NCBI RefSeq assembly: GCF_000022265.1
Contig: NC_011979.1
Span: 4,020,001 to 4,052,000, forward strand
Source: Geotalea daltonii FRC-32
GTDB lineage: Bacteria > Desulfobacterota > Desulfuromonadia > Geobacterales > Geobacteraceae
Direction of reading: 5' to 3'
Length of the DNA: 32,000 nucleotides
Both the position numbers and the translations under genes were made by a program. Below are positions 1 to 14,747 of this stretch, piece after piece. Under the pieces are notes generated by a model. It saw nothing but the letters and a program-made list of their open reading frames with translations. It made no database searches and was not told the DNA's origin. Numbering within the stretch: position 1 is the first letter of the stretch; each line of letters begins with the position of its first letter.

Positions 1-34
1 CCACTTAAACCCCCAGAATACTATCTATATAAAA

Positions 35-505
35 CTACCAGCGGTAGTGAGCAAAAGCCCTGTTGGCTTCAGCCATCTTGTGCGTATCTTCGCGCTTCTT
101 GACCGCTGCGCCACGGTTGTTATAGGCATCCAGAATTTCACCGGCAAGCTTATCCGTAACAGTCTTCTCCGACCTGTCATTGGCATACTTCACCAACCAA
201 CGCATGGCAAGAGAAACCCTACGCTCCGCCCTAACCTCAACAGGCACCTGATAGGTGGAACCGCCGACCCTCCTGGATTTAACCTCCAGCATAGGCTTAA
301 TATTATCAAGACTCTTCTTCAGAATCTTGACCGGCTCCTCATTCACCTTTTCACTGACTATCTCAAGAGCACCATAAAGAGCCCTTTCCGCCGTACTTTT
401 CTTGCCATCGAACATGATAATATTGACCAGCTTGGCAACAACCCGATCCCCATACTTAGGATCCGGCAATATTATTCTTTTAGCCACTTCTCTTCTTCTT
501 GGCAT
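35..505 (-). CDS. rpsG: 30S ribosomal protein S7
   Basis: 156-aa ORF with the canonical S7 ends ([20 protein letters not shown]... and ...[10 protein letters not shown]). It lies directly downstream of rpsL, as in the str operon. Confidence 0.97.
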   Translation of the reverse strand: MPRRREVAKRIILPDPKYGDRVVAKLVNIIMFDGKKSTAERALYGALEIVSEKVNEEPVKILKKSLDNIKPMLEVKSRRVGGSTYQVPVEVRAERRVSLAMRWLVKYANDRSEKTVTDKLAGEILDAYNNRGAAVKKREDTHKMAEANRAFAHYRW

Positions 506-528
506 ACCTAACCCCTCAAATTGATCGT

Positions 529-900
529 TTACTTCGGTCTTTTGGCACCATACTTGGAGCGACTCTTCTTACGATCCTTCACACCAACCGAGTCAAGCGT
601 TCCACGCACTATATGGTACCTGACACCCGGCAAGTCCTTTACCCTTCCGCCGCGAATAAGAACAACAGAGTGCTCCTGAAGATTGTGCCCAACCCCGGGA
701 ATATAGGAAGTGACCTCAATCCCGTTCGTCAAACGCACCCTCGCCACCTTACGGAGAGCCGAGTTCGGCTTTTTCGGCGTAGTAGTATAGACCCTGGTAC
801 AAACGCCACGTTTCTGCGGACAACACTTCAAGGCAGGAGCAGTGGACTTGTCTTTCTTACTCTCCCTGCCGATACGGATCAACTGATTAATGGTTGGCAT
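529..900 (-). CDS. rpsL: 30S ribosomal protein S12
   Basis: The ORF track opens at 915, but MPTINQLIR... (ATG at 898-900) is the canonical S12 N-terminus. It is preceded by a GAGAGG Shine-Dalgarno. 123 aa, ending ...KYGAKRPK. Confidence 0.96.
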   Translation of the reverse strand: MPTINQLIRIGRESKKDKSTAPALKCCPQKRGVCTRVYTTTPKKPNSALRKVARVRLTNGIEVTSYIPGVGHNLQEHSVVLIRGGRVKDLPGVRYHIVRGTLDSVGVKDRKKSRSKYGAKRPK

Positions 901-950
901 AACTACCTCTCGCATGCTTCATGCACAGGGGTCTCCCTGCGGAAGCGATG

Positions 951-979
951 AAAATAACAATTTAACTTTCGCTTGTCAA
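951..979 (-). promoter_or_regulatory. Candidate sigma70 promoter of the rpsL-rpsG (str) operon
   Basis: Minus strand reads TTGACA (974-979), a 17-nt spacer, then TATTTT (951-956). An A/T-rich tract lies upstream, and the site is about 50 nt upstream of the rpsL ATG. Sequence match only. Confidence 0.4.
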
Positions 980-1019
980 GCTTTTTATCAAGCAACTAGA
1001 TTTTTTTCAAAAACCTAAC

Positions 1020-5153
<4,134 letters not shown>

Positions 5154-5223
5154 AATATATTCCTCCTCGTTGTTTAGGAGTTATAACCATAAATTTGTTT
5201 TGTTGCGTCCAAAGACCTGACGG

Positions 5224-8200
5224 TCAGTCTTCCTCGTTTTCAAGGAGCTCAACATCCAGTCCCAGGGACTGCAGTTCCTTGATAAGAACATTGAAGGATT
5301 CCGGAAGTCCCGGCTCAAGGGTGTGCTTGCCCTTGACTATCGCTTCATACATTCTGGTACGTCCTGCCACGTCGTCAGACTTGACAGTGAGGAATTCCTG
5401 GAGTGCATAGGCAGCACCGTAAGCTTCCATTGCCCAAACCTCCATCTCCCCGAGACGCTGCCCACCGAACTGGGCCTTGCCGCCGAGAGGCTGCTGGGTT
5501 ACCAGACTATAAGGCCCGATGGAACGAGCATGAATCTTATCGTCAACCAGGTGGTGCAGTTTCAACACATACATCACACCAACAGTGACCTTATGCTTGA
5601 ATGCGTCGCCTGATTTACCGTCATAGAGTGTAACCTGGGCAGTATGGGCAAAACCGGCCTTGCCGAGCATTTCCCGGATGCCTTCTTCCGATGAACCTTC
5701 GAAAACCGGTGAAGCCATAGGCACGCCACGCTTGAGGCGCTTGGCCACATTGCTCAGCTCTTCATCATCCAGGGTATCAAGGAATTTATTCATCTCCTTG
5801 TTGCCGTAGACCTCTTTCAGATAGGTCTTGATCTTGGTTTTCTCGGAGTTCTTCTCCAGCATCTCCTCGATCTGCCAGCCAATACCTTTGGCTGCCCATC
5901 CCAGGTGGGTCTCAAGAATCTGCCCCACGTTCATACGTGACGGAACACCCAGAGGGTTCAACACGATTTCGACAGGGCGACCATCCTCAAGATAGGGCAT
6001 GTCTTCTTCGGGAAGGATACGGGAAACGACACCTTTGTTCCCGTGGCGGCCGGCCATTTTATCACCTACCTGCAGCTTGCGCTTGATGGCAATGTAAACT
6101 TTTACCATCTTGATAACGCCGGGAGGCAGATCGTCGCCACGCTTGAGCTTCTGCACCTTGTCATCGAAAACATACTTGATTATATCGATTTGCTGATTCA
6201 GGGTAGACAGGATCTGAGCCACCTTGTCATCGGTGCTTTCATCATCAGCAACGGAGATTTCGTCCCACCTGTCGATAGGAATCGAGCTCAGAGCCTCTTC
6301 GGAGATGGCCTTGCCTTTGACGATCAGTATCTTGCCGTCTTTACCTTCAACCTTAACAGCCGCCGTCTTGCCTACCAGCAGCTTTTTAAGTTTGCTTACC
6401 GCAGACTCTCGGATGATGCGGATTTCGTCCTGTTCATCCTTACGCAGTTTCTTTTCTTCTGCCTGTTCGATCAACTCGGTACGGGCGTCCTTGTCCGCCC
6501 CTTTGCGGGAGAAGATCTTTGCGCCGATGACCGTACCTTCTACACCCGGCGGAACACGCAGAGAGGTGTCACGTACGTCACCGGCTTTTTCACCGAAAAT
6601 TGCCCGCAGGAGTTTCTCTTCCGGGGAAAGCTGTGTTTCCCCCTTGGGAGTAATTTTCCCAATCAGGATATCGCCTGGCCTTACCTCGGCACCGATGCGT
6701 ATGATGCCGGACTCATCCAGGTCCTTGAGGGTTTCTTCGCCAAGATTCGGTATATCGGCGGTTATCTCTTCTTTGCCCAGCTTGGTGTCACGGGCGACGC
6801 ATTCGAATTCTTCAATATGGATAGATGTATAACGATCATCCTTCACCAGCCGCTCGGAGATGAGAATGGAGTCCTCGAAGTTGTAGCCCCCCCATGGCAT
6901 GAAGGCGACCAGAACGTTCTGACCCAGAGCCAGTTCACCCATGTCGGTGGAAGGACCATCGGCAATAACATCGCCCCGCTTGACATGGTCCCCTATTTTC
7001 ACAACGGGCCGCTGATTGATGCAGGTGTTCTGGTTGGAACGGGCAAACTTGATGAGGTTGTAGATATCCACACCGGTGCCGGTTTCATCATATTCATCCT
7101 CGTCGATCTTGACGACGATGCGGGAAGCATCTACCGACTCAACGACACCGTTATGGCGGGCAACGACGGAAACACCGGAATCCCTTGCCACGACGCGCTC
7201 CATGCCCGTACCGACCAATGGAGAATCGGCTCTGAGCAGGGGCACGGCCTGACGCTGCATGTTGGAACCCATAAGAGCACGGTTGGCGTCGTCATTTTCC
7301 AGAAAAGGAATCAGTGATGCGGCAACGGAAACCAACTGCATTGGGGCTACATCCATCAGCTCCAGTTCGTCCCTGCCGACGAGAACGAATTCGCCGCTTT
7401 TGCGGGCAGAGATATAGTCGGCGACGAAACGGCCATCCTTGTCCACTTCTGCATTGGCCTGGGCTATGGCATGACCTTCTTCCTCAAGGGCAGAGAAAAA
7501 CCGGACTTCATTGGTAACTTTCCCTTCCTGGACCAGCCGATAGGGGGTTTCTACGAAGCCGTGCTCGTTGATCCTGGCATAGGTTGACAGTGATGCAATG
7601 AGGCCGATATTCGGACCTTCCGGAGTCTCAATGGGGCAAACCCTGCCATAATGGGTGGGATGAACGTCACGTACCTCGAAGCCGGCACGCTCACGGGTCA
7701 AACCGCCTGGTCCCAAAGCTGAAAGACGCCGCTTGTGGGTAACCTCGGAAAGAGGGTTAGTCTGATCCATGAATTGGGAAAGCTGGGAAGAACCAAAAAA
7801 TTCTTTCACCACAGCTGAGACCGGTTTGGAGTTGATCAGGTCGTGAGGCATGAGGTTCTCAACTTCCTGCAGGCTCATCCTCTCTTTGATGGCACGCTCC
7901 ATACGAACGAGACCAATGCGGTACTGATTTTCCAGCAACTCGCCAACGGCACGAACACGGCGATTGCCAAGATGATCGATGTCGTCGATGTTCCCTCTGC
8001 CGTTCTTGAGATCGATGAGGTAACGGACAACCTCAAGTACGTCTTCCCTGGTCAATGTCATGCAGTCCAGCGGCACCTGAAGACCGAGCTTGTAGTTGAG
8101 CTTCAATCGGCCAACTGCAGACAGATCGTACCTCTCAGGATTGAAAAAGAGGTTTTCGAACAGCGACAGGGCACTCTTCAGTGTTGGGGGGTCTCCAGGG

Positions 8201-9336
8201 CGCAGCCGTCTGTATATTTCGATCAGTGCATCATCGGTGGAACCGATCTTGTCGATTATGATCGTGTCACGGAATGATGAGGTCACATGCAGATTATCGA
8301 TGAACAATACCTTAAAGGTGTTGATCCCTTTCGACTTGATCTCTTCAAGCTTTGCCTGGGTCAATTCCTCGTTGCATTCGGCAACGATCTCCCCCGTGGA
8401 GGGATCAACGATGTCATGGGAAGAAATCTTGCCGACAAGTTCTTCTATGGTAATGGGTATGAATTTTATACCATGCTCTGCCATCTTTCTGATGGCCGCC
8501 TTGGTGAACTTGCGATTTGCCTTGACCAGAACTTCCCCGGTTGCCGAGTCAACAATATCGATGGCCGCTTTCTGATTAGTAAGCAGTTCAGGGTCTGCTA
8601 CCTTGGTCAGTTTCTCCCCAGCAAAGTTTATCTCTTCACTTTTGTAGAAGAAGTTGAGCAACTCGTCCGTCGAATATCCAAGGGCTTTCAGGAGCACTGT
8701 GGCCGGCATCTTGCGGCGGCGGTCTATGCGCACATAAAGTATGTCTTTATGATCAAATTCGAAATCAAGCCACGATCCCCTGTACGGGATTACCCGTGCA
8801 GAATACAACACCTTGCCGCTGGAATGTGTCTTACCTTTGTCGTGGTCGTAAAAAACGCCGGGAGAGCGGTGGAGCTGACTGACAATGACACGCTCGGTTC
8901 CGTTTATAATGAAGGTTCCATTCTCGGTCATCAGCGGAATTTCGCCAAAATAGACCTCTTGCTCCTTGATGTCTCGTATGGAGCGGGTGCTGGGCTCTTT
9001 GTTCACGTCCCAGACAACCAGCCGGACTTTAACCTTCATAGGAGCGGCAAAGGTCATTCCCCTCTGATGACACTCTTCAACGTCATATTTGGGGATGCCT
9101 AGAGAGTAGGAAACATATTCGAGAGAAGCAGTTTCACTAAAATCCTTTATGGGAAAAACACTTTTAAAAACGGCCTCTAGGCCGGAATATTTTCTTGCTT
9201 CAGCGGGGACATCTAACTGGAGGAATCTCTTGTAGGAATTTTTCTGGATATCAATGAGATTTGGTATATCGATAATCTTCTTTATTTTGGCGAAGTTCTT
9301 GCGTAACAGGGGGTTATTCGCAATTGAATAAGCCAT
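5224..9336 (-). CDS. rpoB: DNA-directed RNA polymerase subunit beta
   Basis: ORF of about 1370 aa with hallmark beta-subunit motifs ([15 protein letters not shown] rifampicin region, [28 protein letters not shown]). I chose the start [11 protein letters not shown] (ATG 9334-9336) because AAGGAGA lies 5 nt upstream. The track's upstream ATG at 9354 lacks an RBS. Confidence 0.97.
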   Translation of the reverse strand: MAYSIANNPLLRKNFAKIKKIIDIPNLIDIQKNSYKRFLQLDVPAEARKYSGLEAVFKSVFPIKDFSETASLEYVSYSLGIPKYDVEECHQRGMTFAAPMKVKVRLVVWDVNKEPSTRSIRDIKEQEVYFGEIPLMTENGTFIINGTERVIVSQLHRSPGVFYDHDKGKTHSSGKVLYSARVIPYRGSWLDFEFDHKDILYVRIDRRRKMPATVLLKALGYSTDELLNFFYKSEEINFAGEKLTKVADPELLTNQKAAIDIVDSATGEVLVKANRKFTKAAIRKMAEHGIKFIPITIEELVGKISSHDIVDPSTGEIVAECNEELTQAKLEEIKSKGINTFKVLFIDNLHVTSSFRDTIIIDKIGSTDDALIEIYRRLRPGDPPTLKSALSLFENLFFNPERYDLSAVGRLKLNYKLGLQVPLDCMTLTREDVLEVVRYLIDLKNGRGNIDDIDHLGNRRVRAVGELLENQYRIGLVRMERAIKERMSLQEVENLMPHDLINSKPVSAVVKEFFGSSQLSQFMDQTNPLSEVTHKRRLSALGPGGLTRERAGFEVRDVHPTHYGRVCPIETPEGPNIGLIASLSTYARINEHGFVETPYRLVQEGKVTNEVRFFSALEEEGHAIAQANAEVDKDGRFVADYISARKSGEFVLVGRDELELMDVAPMQLVSVAASLIPFLENDDANRALMGSNMQRQAVPLLRADSPLVGTGMERVVARDSGVSVVARHNGVVESVDASRIVVKIDEDEYDETGTGVDIYNLIKFARSNQNTCINQRPVVKIGDHVKRGDVIADGPSTDMGELALGQNVLVAFMPWGGYNFEDSILISERLVKDDRYTSIHIEEFECVARDTKLGKEEITADIPNLGEETLKDLDESGIIRIGAEVRPGDILIGKITPKGETQLSPEEKLLRAIFGEKAGDVRDTSLRVPPGVEGTVIGAKIFSRKGADKDARTELIEQAEEKKLRKDEQDEIRIIRESAVSKLKKLLVGKTAAVKVEGKDGKILIVKGKAISEEALSSIPIDRWDEISVADDESTDDKVAQILSTLNQQIDIIKYVFDDKVQKLKRGDDLPPGVIKMVKVYIAIKRKLQVGDKMAGRHGNKGVVSRILPEEDMPYLEDGRPVEIVLNPLGVPSRMNVGQILETHLGWAAKGIGWQIEEMLEKNSEKTKIKTYLKEVYGNKEMNKFLDTLDDEELSNVAKRLKRGVPMASPVFEGSSEEGIREMLGKAGFAHTAQVTLYDGKSGDAFKHKVTVGVMYVLKLHHLVDDKIHARSIGPYSLVTQQPLGGKAQFGGQRLGEMEVWAMEAYGAAYALQEFLTVKSDDVAGRTRMYEAIVKGKHTLEPGLPESFNVLIKELQSLGLDVELLENEED

Positions 9337-9425
9337 ATCTTCTCCTTTGGTCAACGCCGTAAAGCCTTAACCCTGTGGATTCTTACTTGCTCTTCGACCC
9401 AGACAACCGGCTTGAGTGGCCGCCA

Positions 9426-9468
9426 AACTAAAATAGAACAGCCAAGGCCGCACATGGCGACCTTGGCT
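9426..9468 (-). terminator. rplL-rpoB intergenic hairpin plus U-tract (attenuator / partial terminator)
   Basis: Minus strand reads AGCCAAGGTCGC-CATGT-GCGGCCTTGGCT, a 12-bp stem with one G-U pair. It is followed by GTTCTATTTTAGTTT. The position matches the known rplL-rpoB attenuator of E. coli. Confidence 0.5.
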
Positions 9469-9493
9469 AGAACAAGAATCGGAACAGCAATTC

Positions 9494-9874
9494 TTATTTA
9501 ATTTCCACTTCTGCGCCAGCTTCAACCAGTTGTTTCTTGGCCTCTTCGGCTTCTTCCTTGGAAACGCCGGTTTTAAGCGGCTGGGGTGCACCGTCAACCA
9601 AGTCTTTGGCTTCTTTGAGGCCCAGGCTGGTAAGTGCACGAACAACCTTGATGACGCCGATCTTGTTGGCACCGGCAGCCTTGAGAATAACATCAAATTC
9701 GGTCTTTTCTTCAGCAGCTTCAGCAGCTGCAGGGCCGGCAACGGCAGCAACAGCCACAGGGGCAGCTGCAGAAACACCGAACTTTTCTTCAAGTTCTTTC
9801 ACCATTTCCGCAAGCTCAAGAACAGACATTTTCTCAATAAAACTAATTACATCAGCTTTGGTAATTTCAGCCAT
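9494..9874 (-). CDS. rplL: 50S ribosomal protein L7/L12
   Basis: 126-aa ORF with an Ala-rich hinge ([22 protein letters not shown]) and the conserved C-terminal domain ...[11 protein letters not shown]...[21 protein letters not shown]. Confidence 0.97.
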   Translation of the reverse strand: MAEITKADVISFIEKMSVLELAEMVKELEEKFGVSAAAPVAVAAVAGPAAAEAAEEKTEFDVILKAAGANKIGVIKVVRALTSLGLKEAKDLVDGAPQPLKTGVSKEEAEEAKKQLVEAGAEVEIK

Positions 9875-9919
9875 TTTTTATTCCTCCATGAATATTTATA
9901 CGAATTTGTTTTTAAATTA

Positions 9920-10444
9920 TCAGTTGCCTTCTTTTTGAATCCGGATTGCATTAAGTGCACGGACAAAGCTGCCCGGTACGGCTGCAAGTACGCCAACGAA
10001 GTTGGTGGCGGGTGCCTGCATTGAACCGAGCATTTTTGCAATAAGTACTTCACGGCTGGGCAGATCGGCCAATGCCTGGATGTCGGCCGGGCTGATGGCT
10101 TTGCCGGAGAGCACGCCGGCTTTCAAGGTGAACGGATTGGTCGTTTCCTTGGCGAAACGGGACAGAACCTTTGCTGCTGCGACAGGATCGTCGTAAGTAA
10201 TGGCTACAGCAGTTGGTCCGGCAAAGTAGGGATTCAATGCCTCTTTATCGGTCCCCTTCGACGCCAGTTCCAGCAGTGTGTTTTTGACAACCTTGAACTC
10301 GACAGCAGCCTTGCGAAGCTCATTCCTGAGTTCGGTGGCCTGCCCCACATTCATGCCACGGAAATCAGCAAGAAAAACGGCTTTCGCACGTTGGAGCTTG
10401 TCGTGTACTTCGGTTACAAGTTGGTGTTTGCCTTCTTTATTCAA
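9920..10444 (-). CDS. rplJ: 50S ribosomal protein L10
   Basis: 174-aa ORF immediately upstream of rplL. It has an L10-like N-terminus (K..V.E......[17 protein letters not shown]). Confidence 0.93.
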
Positions 10445-10614
10445 GCGCCTTCCTCCTTTCTTTTGGTTTCGGGTAGTTTACCCCGCCAAAGTCAGGAAGT
10501 ATCGGGAAATAATGCAATTCCTTCAACTACCGCCAGTCTCGGTAGGCCAGTTTCCTGTTTATGTTGCCATGCATGCGGCAACACCTACTGTCTTTGACTT
10601 TGGCAAAACTATAT
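10445..10614 (-). promoter_or_regulatory. Possible rplJ (L10) autoregulatory leader
   Basis: An unusually long 170-nt rplA-rplJ spacer. It contains at least two hairpins: GTTGCC-ATGCATGC-GGCAAC near 10561-10580 and CTACCG-CCAGTCT-CGGTAG near 10528-10546. Assigned by position and analogy only, with no covariance model run. Confidence 0.3.
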
Positions 10615-11316
10615 TTATATTACCTGTGAGGATACGTCAGACACATCAAGATTCACACCAGGCCCCATGGTGGAAGAGACACTGATTTTCTTGATATAGG
10701 TTCCTTTTGCTGCAGACGGCTTCGATTTGACCAGCGCATCGATCAGAGCAAGGATGTTTTCCTTCAGCTTGTCTGTTTCGAAAGAGACTTTGCCAACAGG
10801 AGCATGAATGATACCGGCTTTCTCCACCCTGAATTCGACCTTGCCGGATTTGGATTCGTTGACGGCCCGGCCCACATCGAAAGTGACGGTGCCTACCTTA
10901 GGGTTCGGCATCAGGCCACGTGGGCCGAGAAGTTTACCGATCTTACCGACGACACCCATCATGTCGGGTGTGGCAATGGCGGTATCGAACTCGAACCACC
11001 CTTCCTGGATTTTGGCAACCAGATCATCGGCGCCAACGAAATCTGCTCCTGCGTCGCGTGCTTCCTTCTCCTTTTCACCCTTGGCGAAAACAAGAACCCG
11101 GACTTCCTTGCCGAGACCGTTGGGGAGAACAACTGCACCACGGACCATCTGGTCGGCATGCCGCGGGTCAACGCCAAGCCTGACAGCCACGTCTACAGTT
11201 TCGGTGAATTTGGCGTAAGCAGAACTTCTCACCAGTTCAAGGCCGTCATTAAGGGTATAACTTTTGCTCCTGTCAACCTTGGCAAGAGCGTCTTTAAGTT
11301 TTTTACTGGTAGGCAT
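10615..11316 (-). CDS. rplA: 50S ribosomal protein L1
   Basis: 233-aa ORF with L1 motifs ([20 protein letters not shown]...LP.G.GK, ...[21 protein letters not shown]). Confidence 0.96.
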   Translation of the reverse strand: MPTSKKLKDALAKVDRSKSYTLNDGLELVRSSAYAKFTETVDVAVRLGVDPRHADQMVRGAVVLPNGLGKEVRVLVFAKGEKEKEARDAGADFVGADDLVAKIQEGWFEFDTAIATPDMMGVVGKIGKLLGPRGLMPNPKVGTVTFDVGRAVNESKSGKVEFRVEKAGIIHAPVGKVSFETDKLKENILALIDALVKSKPSAAKGTYIKKISVSSTMGPGVNLDVSDVSSQVI

Positions 11317-11337
11317 TTTCTTTCACCCTCTCTTTAT

Positions 11338-11760
11338 CTATACAATCTCAACGCCCATACTGCGAGCGGTTCCCTCAATGGTTTTCATGGCGGCTTCAAG
11401 ACTGGCGGCATTCAGGTCGGGCATTTTTTTCGAAGCAATTTCCTGCACCTGGGCCTTCGTCAGTTTTCCGACCTTATTCTTGTTGGGAACGCTTGAACCG
11501 CTTTCGATGCCAAGCGCTTTTTTAATAAGAACAGAAGCCGGAGGTGTCTTGGTGACGAACGTAAATGACCTGTCCGCATAAACAGTTATCACTACAGGAG
11601 TAATTGTGCCTTCGTCTGCCTGAGTCTTGGCATTAAAGGCCTTGCAGAATTCCATTATGTTTACGCCGTGCTGACCCAGCGCAGGACCGATCGGCGGGGC
11701 GGGATTTGCTTTACCGGCCGGTACTTGAAGCTTGATATATCCAGTGATTTTTTTAGCCAT
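11338..11760 (-). CDS. rplK: 50S ribosomal protein L11
   Basis: 140-aa ORF reading [44 protein letters not shown]..., the canonical L11. Confidence 0.97.
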   Translation of the reverse strand: MAKKITGYIKLQVPAGKANPAPPIGPALGQHGVNIMEFCKAFNAKTQADEGTITPVVITVYADRSFTFVTKTPPASVLIKKALGIESGSSVPNKNKVGKLTKAQVQEIASKKMPDLNAASLEAAMKTIEGTARSMGVEIV

Positions 11761-11825
11761 TACTAGACTCCTTTTATCTGTTCCTTAAATCAATTTATAT
11801 CTTCAGGTCGCAGGTAGAGCCAGAG

Positions 11826-12353
11826 TCATTGTTTTTCGACCTGCATGAATTCCAGCTCCACAGGGGTAGCTCTGCCGAATATACTAACCATGACCCTAAG
11901 CTTGCCTTTTTCAGGTTTCACATCTTCTACAACCCCGGCAAAATTAAGAAAAGGTCCATCAATAACCCTGACGGTCTCACCAACCTCAAAAAGAACCTTG
12001 GGCCGTGGCTTCTCGGCTCCCTCTTCCATACGCTGGGTGATTTTTGCTACTTCTTCATCCGGAATGGCAAAAGGATTATTGCCTCCGACAAAACCGGTAA
12101 CCTTTGAAGTTTCCTTGACGACATGCCAGGTATCGTCATCAAGCTCCATATTAACAAGGATATATCCAGGGAAGAATTTACGGGACGAGGTTCGCTTCTC
12201 ACCCTTCTTCAACTCGACAACTGTTTCACAAGGAATGAGAACTTCACCAAACTTTTCCTCAAGGCCAAGGTTTTTTATTCGCTCCAGGAGCGATAACCTG
12301 ACTTTATTTTCAAAGCCGGAGTAGGTATGTACACCGTACCATTTATGAGCCAT
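11826..12353 (-). CDS. nusG: Transcription termination/antitermination factor NusG
   Basis: 175-aa ORF starting M..KWY.VHTYSGFENKV, with a C-terminal KOW motif (GETVRVIDGPF..F.G.VE.V). It sits between secE and rplK as usual. Confidence 0.95.
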   Translation of the reverse strand: MAHKWYGVHTYSGFENKVRLSLLERIKNLGLEEKFGEVLIPCETVVELKKGEKRTSSRKFFPGYILVNMELDDDTWHVVKETSKVTGFVGGNNPFAIPDEEVAKITQRMEEGAEKPRPKVLFEVGETVRVIDGPFLNFAGVVEDVKPEKGKLRVMVSIFGRATPVELEFMQVEKQ

Positions 12354-12363
12354 TGTGAGTCCT

Positions 12364-12558
12364 CTAGCGGAGTATGAACCTGATCAGCTTGGCCAGGACA
12401 ACATCACAAGCGCCAAGATAAAGGGAGATCAAGACAATAATCACTACAACAACCCATGCTGTAGAAATGGTCTCCTTGCGGGCAGGCCAGGTAACCTTAC
12501 CCAACTCAGCTCTCACTTCCTCCAAAAAATTTTTGGTCTTTACCAGCACTCGTGCCAC
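12364..12558 (-). CDS. secE: Preprotein translocase subunit SecE
   Basis: 64-aa ORF with the conserved F..EV..EL.KV.WP.R.E motif followed by a single TM helix. It is in the canonical position upstream of nusG. Confidence 0.9.
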   Translation of the reverse strand: MARVLVKTKNFLEEVRAELGKVTWPARKETISTAWVVVVIIVLISLYLGACDVVLAKLIRFILR

Positions 12559-12585
12559 CCCACAGTAATTAGGTTTTTAAAAAAA

Positions 12586-12662
12586 TGGCAGGCCAGGAGG
12601 GATTCGAACCCACAACACCCGGTTTTGGAGACCGGTGCTCTAGCCGTTAGAGCTACTGGCCT
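12586..12662 (-). tRNA. tRNA-Trp (anticodon CCA)
   Basis: Reverse complement is AGGCCAGTAGCTCTAACGGCTAGAGCACCGGTCTCCAAAACCGGGTGTTGTGGGTTCGAATCCCTCCTGGCCTGCCA. It folds as a cloverleaf with a perfect 7-bp acceptor stem, anticodon loop CTCCAAA, a TTCGAAT T-loop and an encoded CCA. The T-stem has a U-U mismatch at 50:64. Confidence 0.93.
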
Positions 12663-12701
12663 GCATGAATGAGCCACACAGCGGAGTGGCTCATTTTCGA
12701 A

Positions 12702-12851
12702 TTATTTTGTTTCCTTATGTGACGTGTGCGTACGACAGAAGCGGCAGTACTTCTTCAGTTCCAGCTTTTCCGGTGTTGTCTTCTTGTTTTTTGTCGTTGT
12801 ATAGTTTCTCTGCTTGCACTCGGTGCAGGCAAGTGTGATGATATCTCGCAT
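12702..12851 (-). CDS. rpmG: 50S ribosomal protein L33
   Basis: Not listed in the ORF track because it is under 60 aa. My translation is [49 protein letters not shown]. It has the 4-Cys zinc-ribbon L33 signature and the canonical tuf-rpmG-tRNA-Trp-secE position. Confidence 0.9.
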   Translation of the reverse strand: MRDIITLACTECKQRNYTTTKNKKTTPEKLELKKYCRFCRTHTSHKETK

Positions 12852-12905
12852 TGCTGCCTTCCTTTGTCTTGATCAGCAAAGGCGGGGTTGGCCCGCCTCT
12901 GTGAA

Positions 12906-14096
12906 TTATTCGATAATAGAGCTGACAACCCCGGCGCCGACAGTGCGGCCGCCCTCACGGATGGCGAAGCGAAGTCCTTCGTCCATGGCGATTGGGGTGA
13001 TCAGGTTCACTTGTACTGCTACGTTGTCGCCGGGCATTACCATCTCGGTGCCGGCGGCAAGTTCTACTATGCCGGTCACGTCGGTGGTGCGGAAGTAGAA
13101 CTGGGGACGATAGCCGTTGAAGAACGGGGTGTGTCGTCCACCTTCTTCTTTGGTCAGAATGTAGGCTTCTGCCTTGAATTTGGTGTGCGGGGTGATTGAA
13201 CCGGGCTTGGCGAGTACCTGGCCACGCTCGATGTCTTCACGCTTGACGCCACGAAGCAGAGCGCCGATGTTGTCGCCGGCACGGCCTTCATCCAAAAGCT
13301 TCCTGAACATTTCTACGCCGGTTACGGTGGTCTTGGAGGTTGCCTTCATTCCGACGATCTCTACTTCTTCGCCGACCTTGACGATGCCTCTTTCTACACG
13401 GCCGGTTGCTACGGTTCCACGGCCGGAGATGGAGAATACGTCTTCGACGGGCATGAGGAACGGACGGTCGATGGCGCGCTGTGGCTCTGGGATGTAGCTG
13501 TCTACGGCTTCCATGAGCTTCATGATGGCGGGCTCGGCCAGTTCGCCCTGCTCGCCGTTCAGTGCCTGAAGGGCGGAGCCTTTGATGATGGGGATGTCGT
13601 CGCCGGGGAAGTCGTAGGAGGAGAGCAGTTCACGAATCTCGAGTTCTACCAGTTCGAGAAGCTCTTCGTCGTCGACCATGTCGGCTTTGTTGAGGAATAC
13701 TACTATGTAAGGTACGCCTACCTGACGGGCGAGCAGAATGTGCTCACGAGTCTGGGGCATTGGACCGTCGGCTGCGGATACGACCAGGATGGCGCCATCC
13801 ATCTGCGCTGCTCCGGTGATCATGTTCTTTACGTAGTCGGCGTGGCCCGGGCAGTCAACATGGGCATAGTGACGCTTGTCGGTTTCATATTCAACATGGG
13901 CGGTGGCGATGGTGATACCACGCTCACGCTCTTCGGGTGCATTGTCGATCTGGTCGAAGGCTTTGAATTCTGCCTGGCCTTTGCCTGCCAGTACTTTGGT
14001 GATGGCGGCGGTCAGGGTGGTCTTGCCGTGGTCAACGTGCCCGATGGTGCCTATGTTTACATGCGGTTTGGTTCTTTCGAATTTTGCTTTTGCCAT
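12906..14096 (-). CDS. tuf: Elongation factor Tu
   Basis: 396-aa ORF reading [33 protein letters not shown]..., with the DCPGHADY and NKAD GTPase motifs. A GGGAGGA RBS lies upstream. Confidence 0.99.
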   Translation of the reverse strand: MAKAKFERTKPHVNIGTIGHVDHGKTTLTAAITKVLAGKGQAEFKAFDQIDNAPEERERGITIATAHVEYETDKRHYAHVDCPGHADYVKNMITGAAQMDGAILVVSAADGPMPQTREHILLARQVGVPYIVVFLNKADMVDDEELLELVELEIRELLSSYDFPGDDIPIIKGSALQALNGEQGELAEPAIMKLMEAVDSYIPEPQRAIDRPFLMPVEDVFSISGRGTVATGRVERGIVKVGEEVEIVGMKATSKTTVTGVEMFRKLLDEGRAGDNIGALLRGVKREDIERGQVLAKPGSITPHTKFKAEAYILTKEEGGRHTPFFNGYRPQFYFRTTDVTGIVELAAGTEMVMPGDNVAVQVNLITPIAMDEGLRFAIREGGRTVGAGVVSSIIE

Positions 14097-14162
14097 GAAG
14101 GTATCCTCCCTATAAATGAATGCCTAAAAGTTCGTTTTACCGATTTTTTTGAACAGATTAAA

Positions 14163-14238
<76 letters not shown>

Positions 14239-14251
14239 GATCGAAGAAAAT

Positions 14252-14328
14252 TGGAGCGGGAAACGGGACTCGAACCCGCGACCCTCAGCTTGGAAGGCTG
14301 ATGCTCTAGCCAACTGAGCTACTCCCGC
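14252..14328 (-). tRNA. tRNA-Gly (anticodon TCC)
   Basis: Reverse complement is GCGGGAGTAGCTCAGTTGGCTAGAGCATCAGCCTTCCAAGCTGAGGGTCGCGGGTTCGAGTCCCGTTTCCCGCTCCA. It is a cloverleaf with anticodon loop CTTCCAA and an encoded CCA. Confidence 0.93.
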
Positions 14329-14441
14329 CAATTCCTGCAAATCAGAAGATTTTTGAATCGATAAGCAGCACAGCAACCCAGTACATGCGACATAAAGTCT
14401 CCTGAGGCCTGTCGTGATCTCATCTCTTCTGTAGTATTTTA

Positions 14442-14526
14442 TGGTGGAGGGAGGAGGATTCGAACCTCCGAAGTCTACGACGACAGATTTACAGTCTGTT
14501 CCCTTTGGCCGCTCGGGAATCCCTCC
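14442..14526 (-). tRNA. tRNA-Tyr (anticodon GTA), long variable arm
   Basis: Reverse complement is GGAGGGATTCCCGAGCGGCCAAAGGGAACAGACTGTAAATCTGTCGTCGTAGACTTCGGAGGTTCGAATCCTCCTCCCTCCACCA. This is close to E. coli tRNA-Tyr as I recall it, with anticodon loop CTGTAAA. Confidence 0.94.
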
Positions 14527-14549
14527 AGACGAAGAACGTTTCCTGACTG

Positions 14550-14625
14550 TGGAGCTGGCGATGGGACTCGAACCCGCAACCTGCTGATTACAAGTCAGCT
14601 GCTCTACCAATTGAGCTACGCCAGC
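14550..14625 (-). tRNA. tRNA-Thr (anticodon TGT)
   Basis: Reverse complement is GCTGGCGTAGCTCAATTGGTAGAGCAGCTGACTTGTAATCAGCAGGTTGCGGGTTCGAGTCCCATCGCCAGCTCCA. It has a perfect acceptor stem and anticodon loop CTTGTAA. The T-stem has one C-A mismatch and one G-U pair. Confidence 0.9.
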
Positions 14626-14640
14626 AATGTTTCTCTAAAC

Positions 14641-14668
14641 TTAATACAACTTTTTACTGCTTGGTCAA
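14641..14668 (-). promoter_or_regulatory. Candidate proximal promoter (P2) of the tRNA-tuf operon
   Basis: Minus strand reads TTGACC (14663-14668), a 16-nt spacer, then TATTAA (14641-14646). The -10 element ends about 15 nt before the first tRNA nucleotide. Confidence 0.35.
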
Positions 14669-14692
14669 GATGCTTCAAAAAGCGAAGTTCCT

Positions 14693-14721
14693 TGTATAGA
14701 TCAATTCAACTTTACTGTCAA
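14693..14721 (-). promoter_or_regulatory. Candidate distal promoter (P1) of the tRNA-tuf operon with an A/T-rich UP-like tract
   Basis: Minus strand reads TTGACA (14716-14721), a 17-nt spacer, then TATACA (14693-14698). It is preceded by TTTTTTTTCTTAAAAAATTG. Confidence 0.4.
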
Positions 14722-14747
14722 CAATTTTTTAAGAAAAAAAACAATTC

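Noticed and set aside
1-34. Possible start of fusA (GTG at 2-4 on the minus strand, preceded by TGGGGG), as expected downstream of rpsG.
   Set aside because: Only one codon lies inside the window. This is consistent with str-operon order but cannot be supported from the sequence shown.
6043-7317. Long plus-strand ORFs antisense to rpoB and rpoC (for example 6043-7317 at 424 aa, 2670-3647 at 325 aa, 1437-2327 at 296 aa, 8287-9102 at 271 aa).
   Set aside because: They lie entirely inside highly conserved minus-strand genes. They have no recognisable motifs or RBS and show the typical composition of antisense 'shadow' frames.
9367-9792. 141-aa minus-strand ORF overlapping rplL in another frame. 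Also 12755-12958 (67 aa), overlapping rpmG and the tuf 3' end.
   Set aside because: They are out of frame with well-supported ribosomal protein genes and have no independent support.
12668-12695. 10-bp hairpin AATGAGCCAC-ACAGCGGA-GTGGCTCATT between rpmG and tRNA-Trp. Also a 7-bp GC hairpin at 12880-12898 between tuf and rpmG.
   Set aside because: The first looks like a terminator only on the plus strand, where the T-run follows, and nothing is encoded there. On the coding strand neither hairpin has a proper U-tract. They may be processing or pause sites, but I cannot call them terminators.
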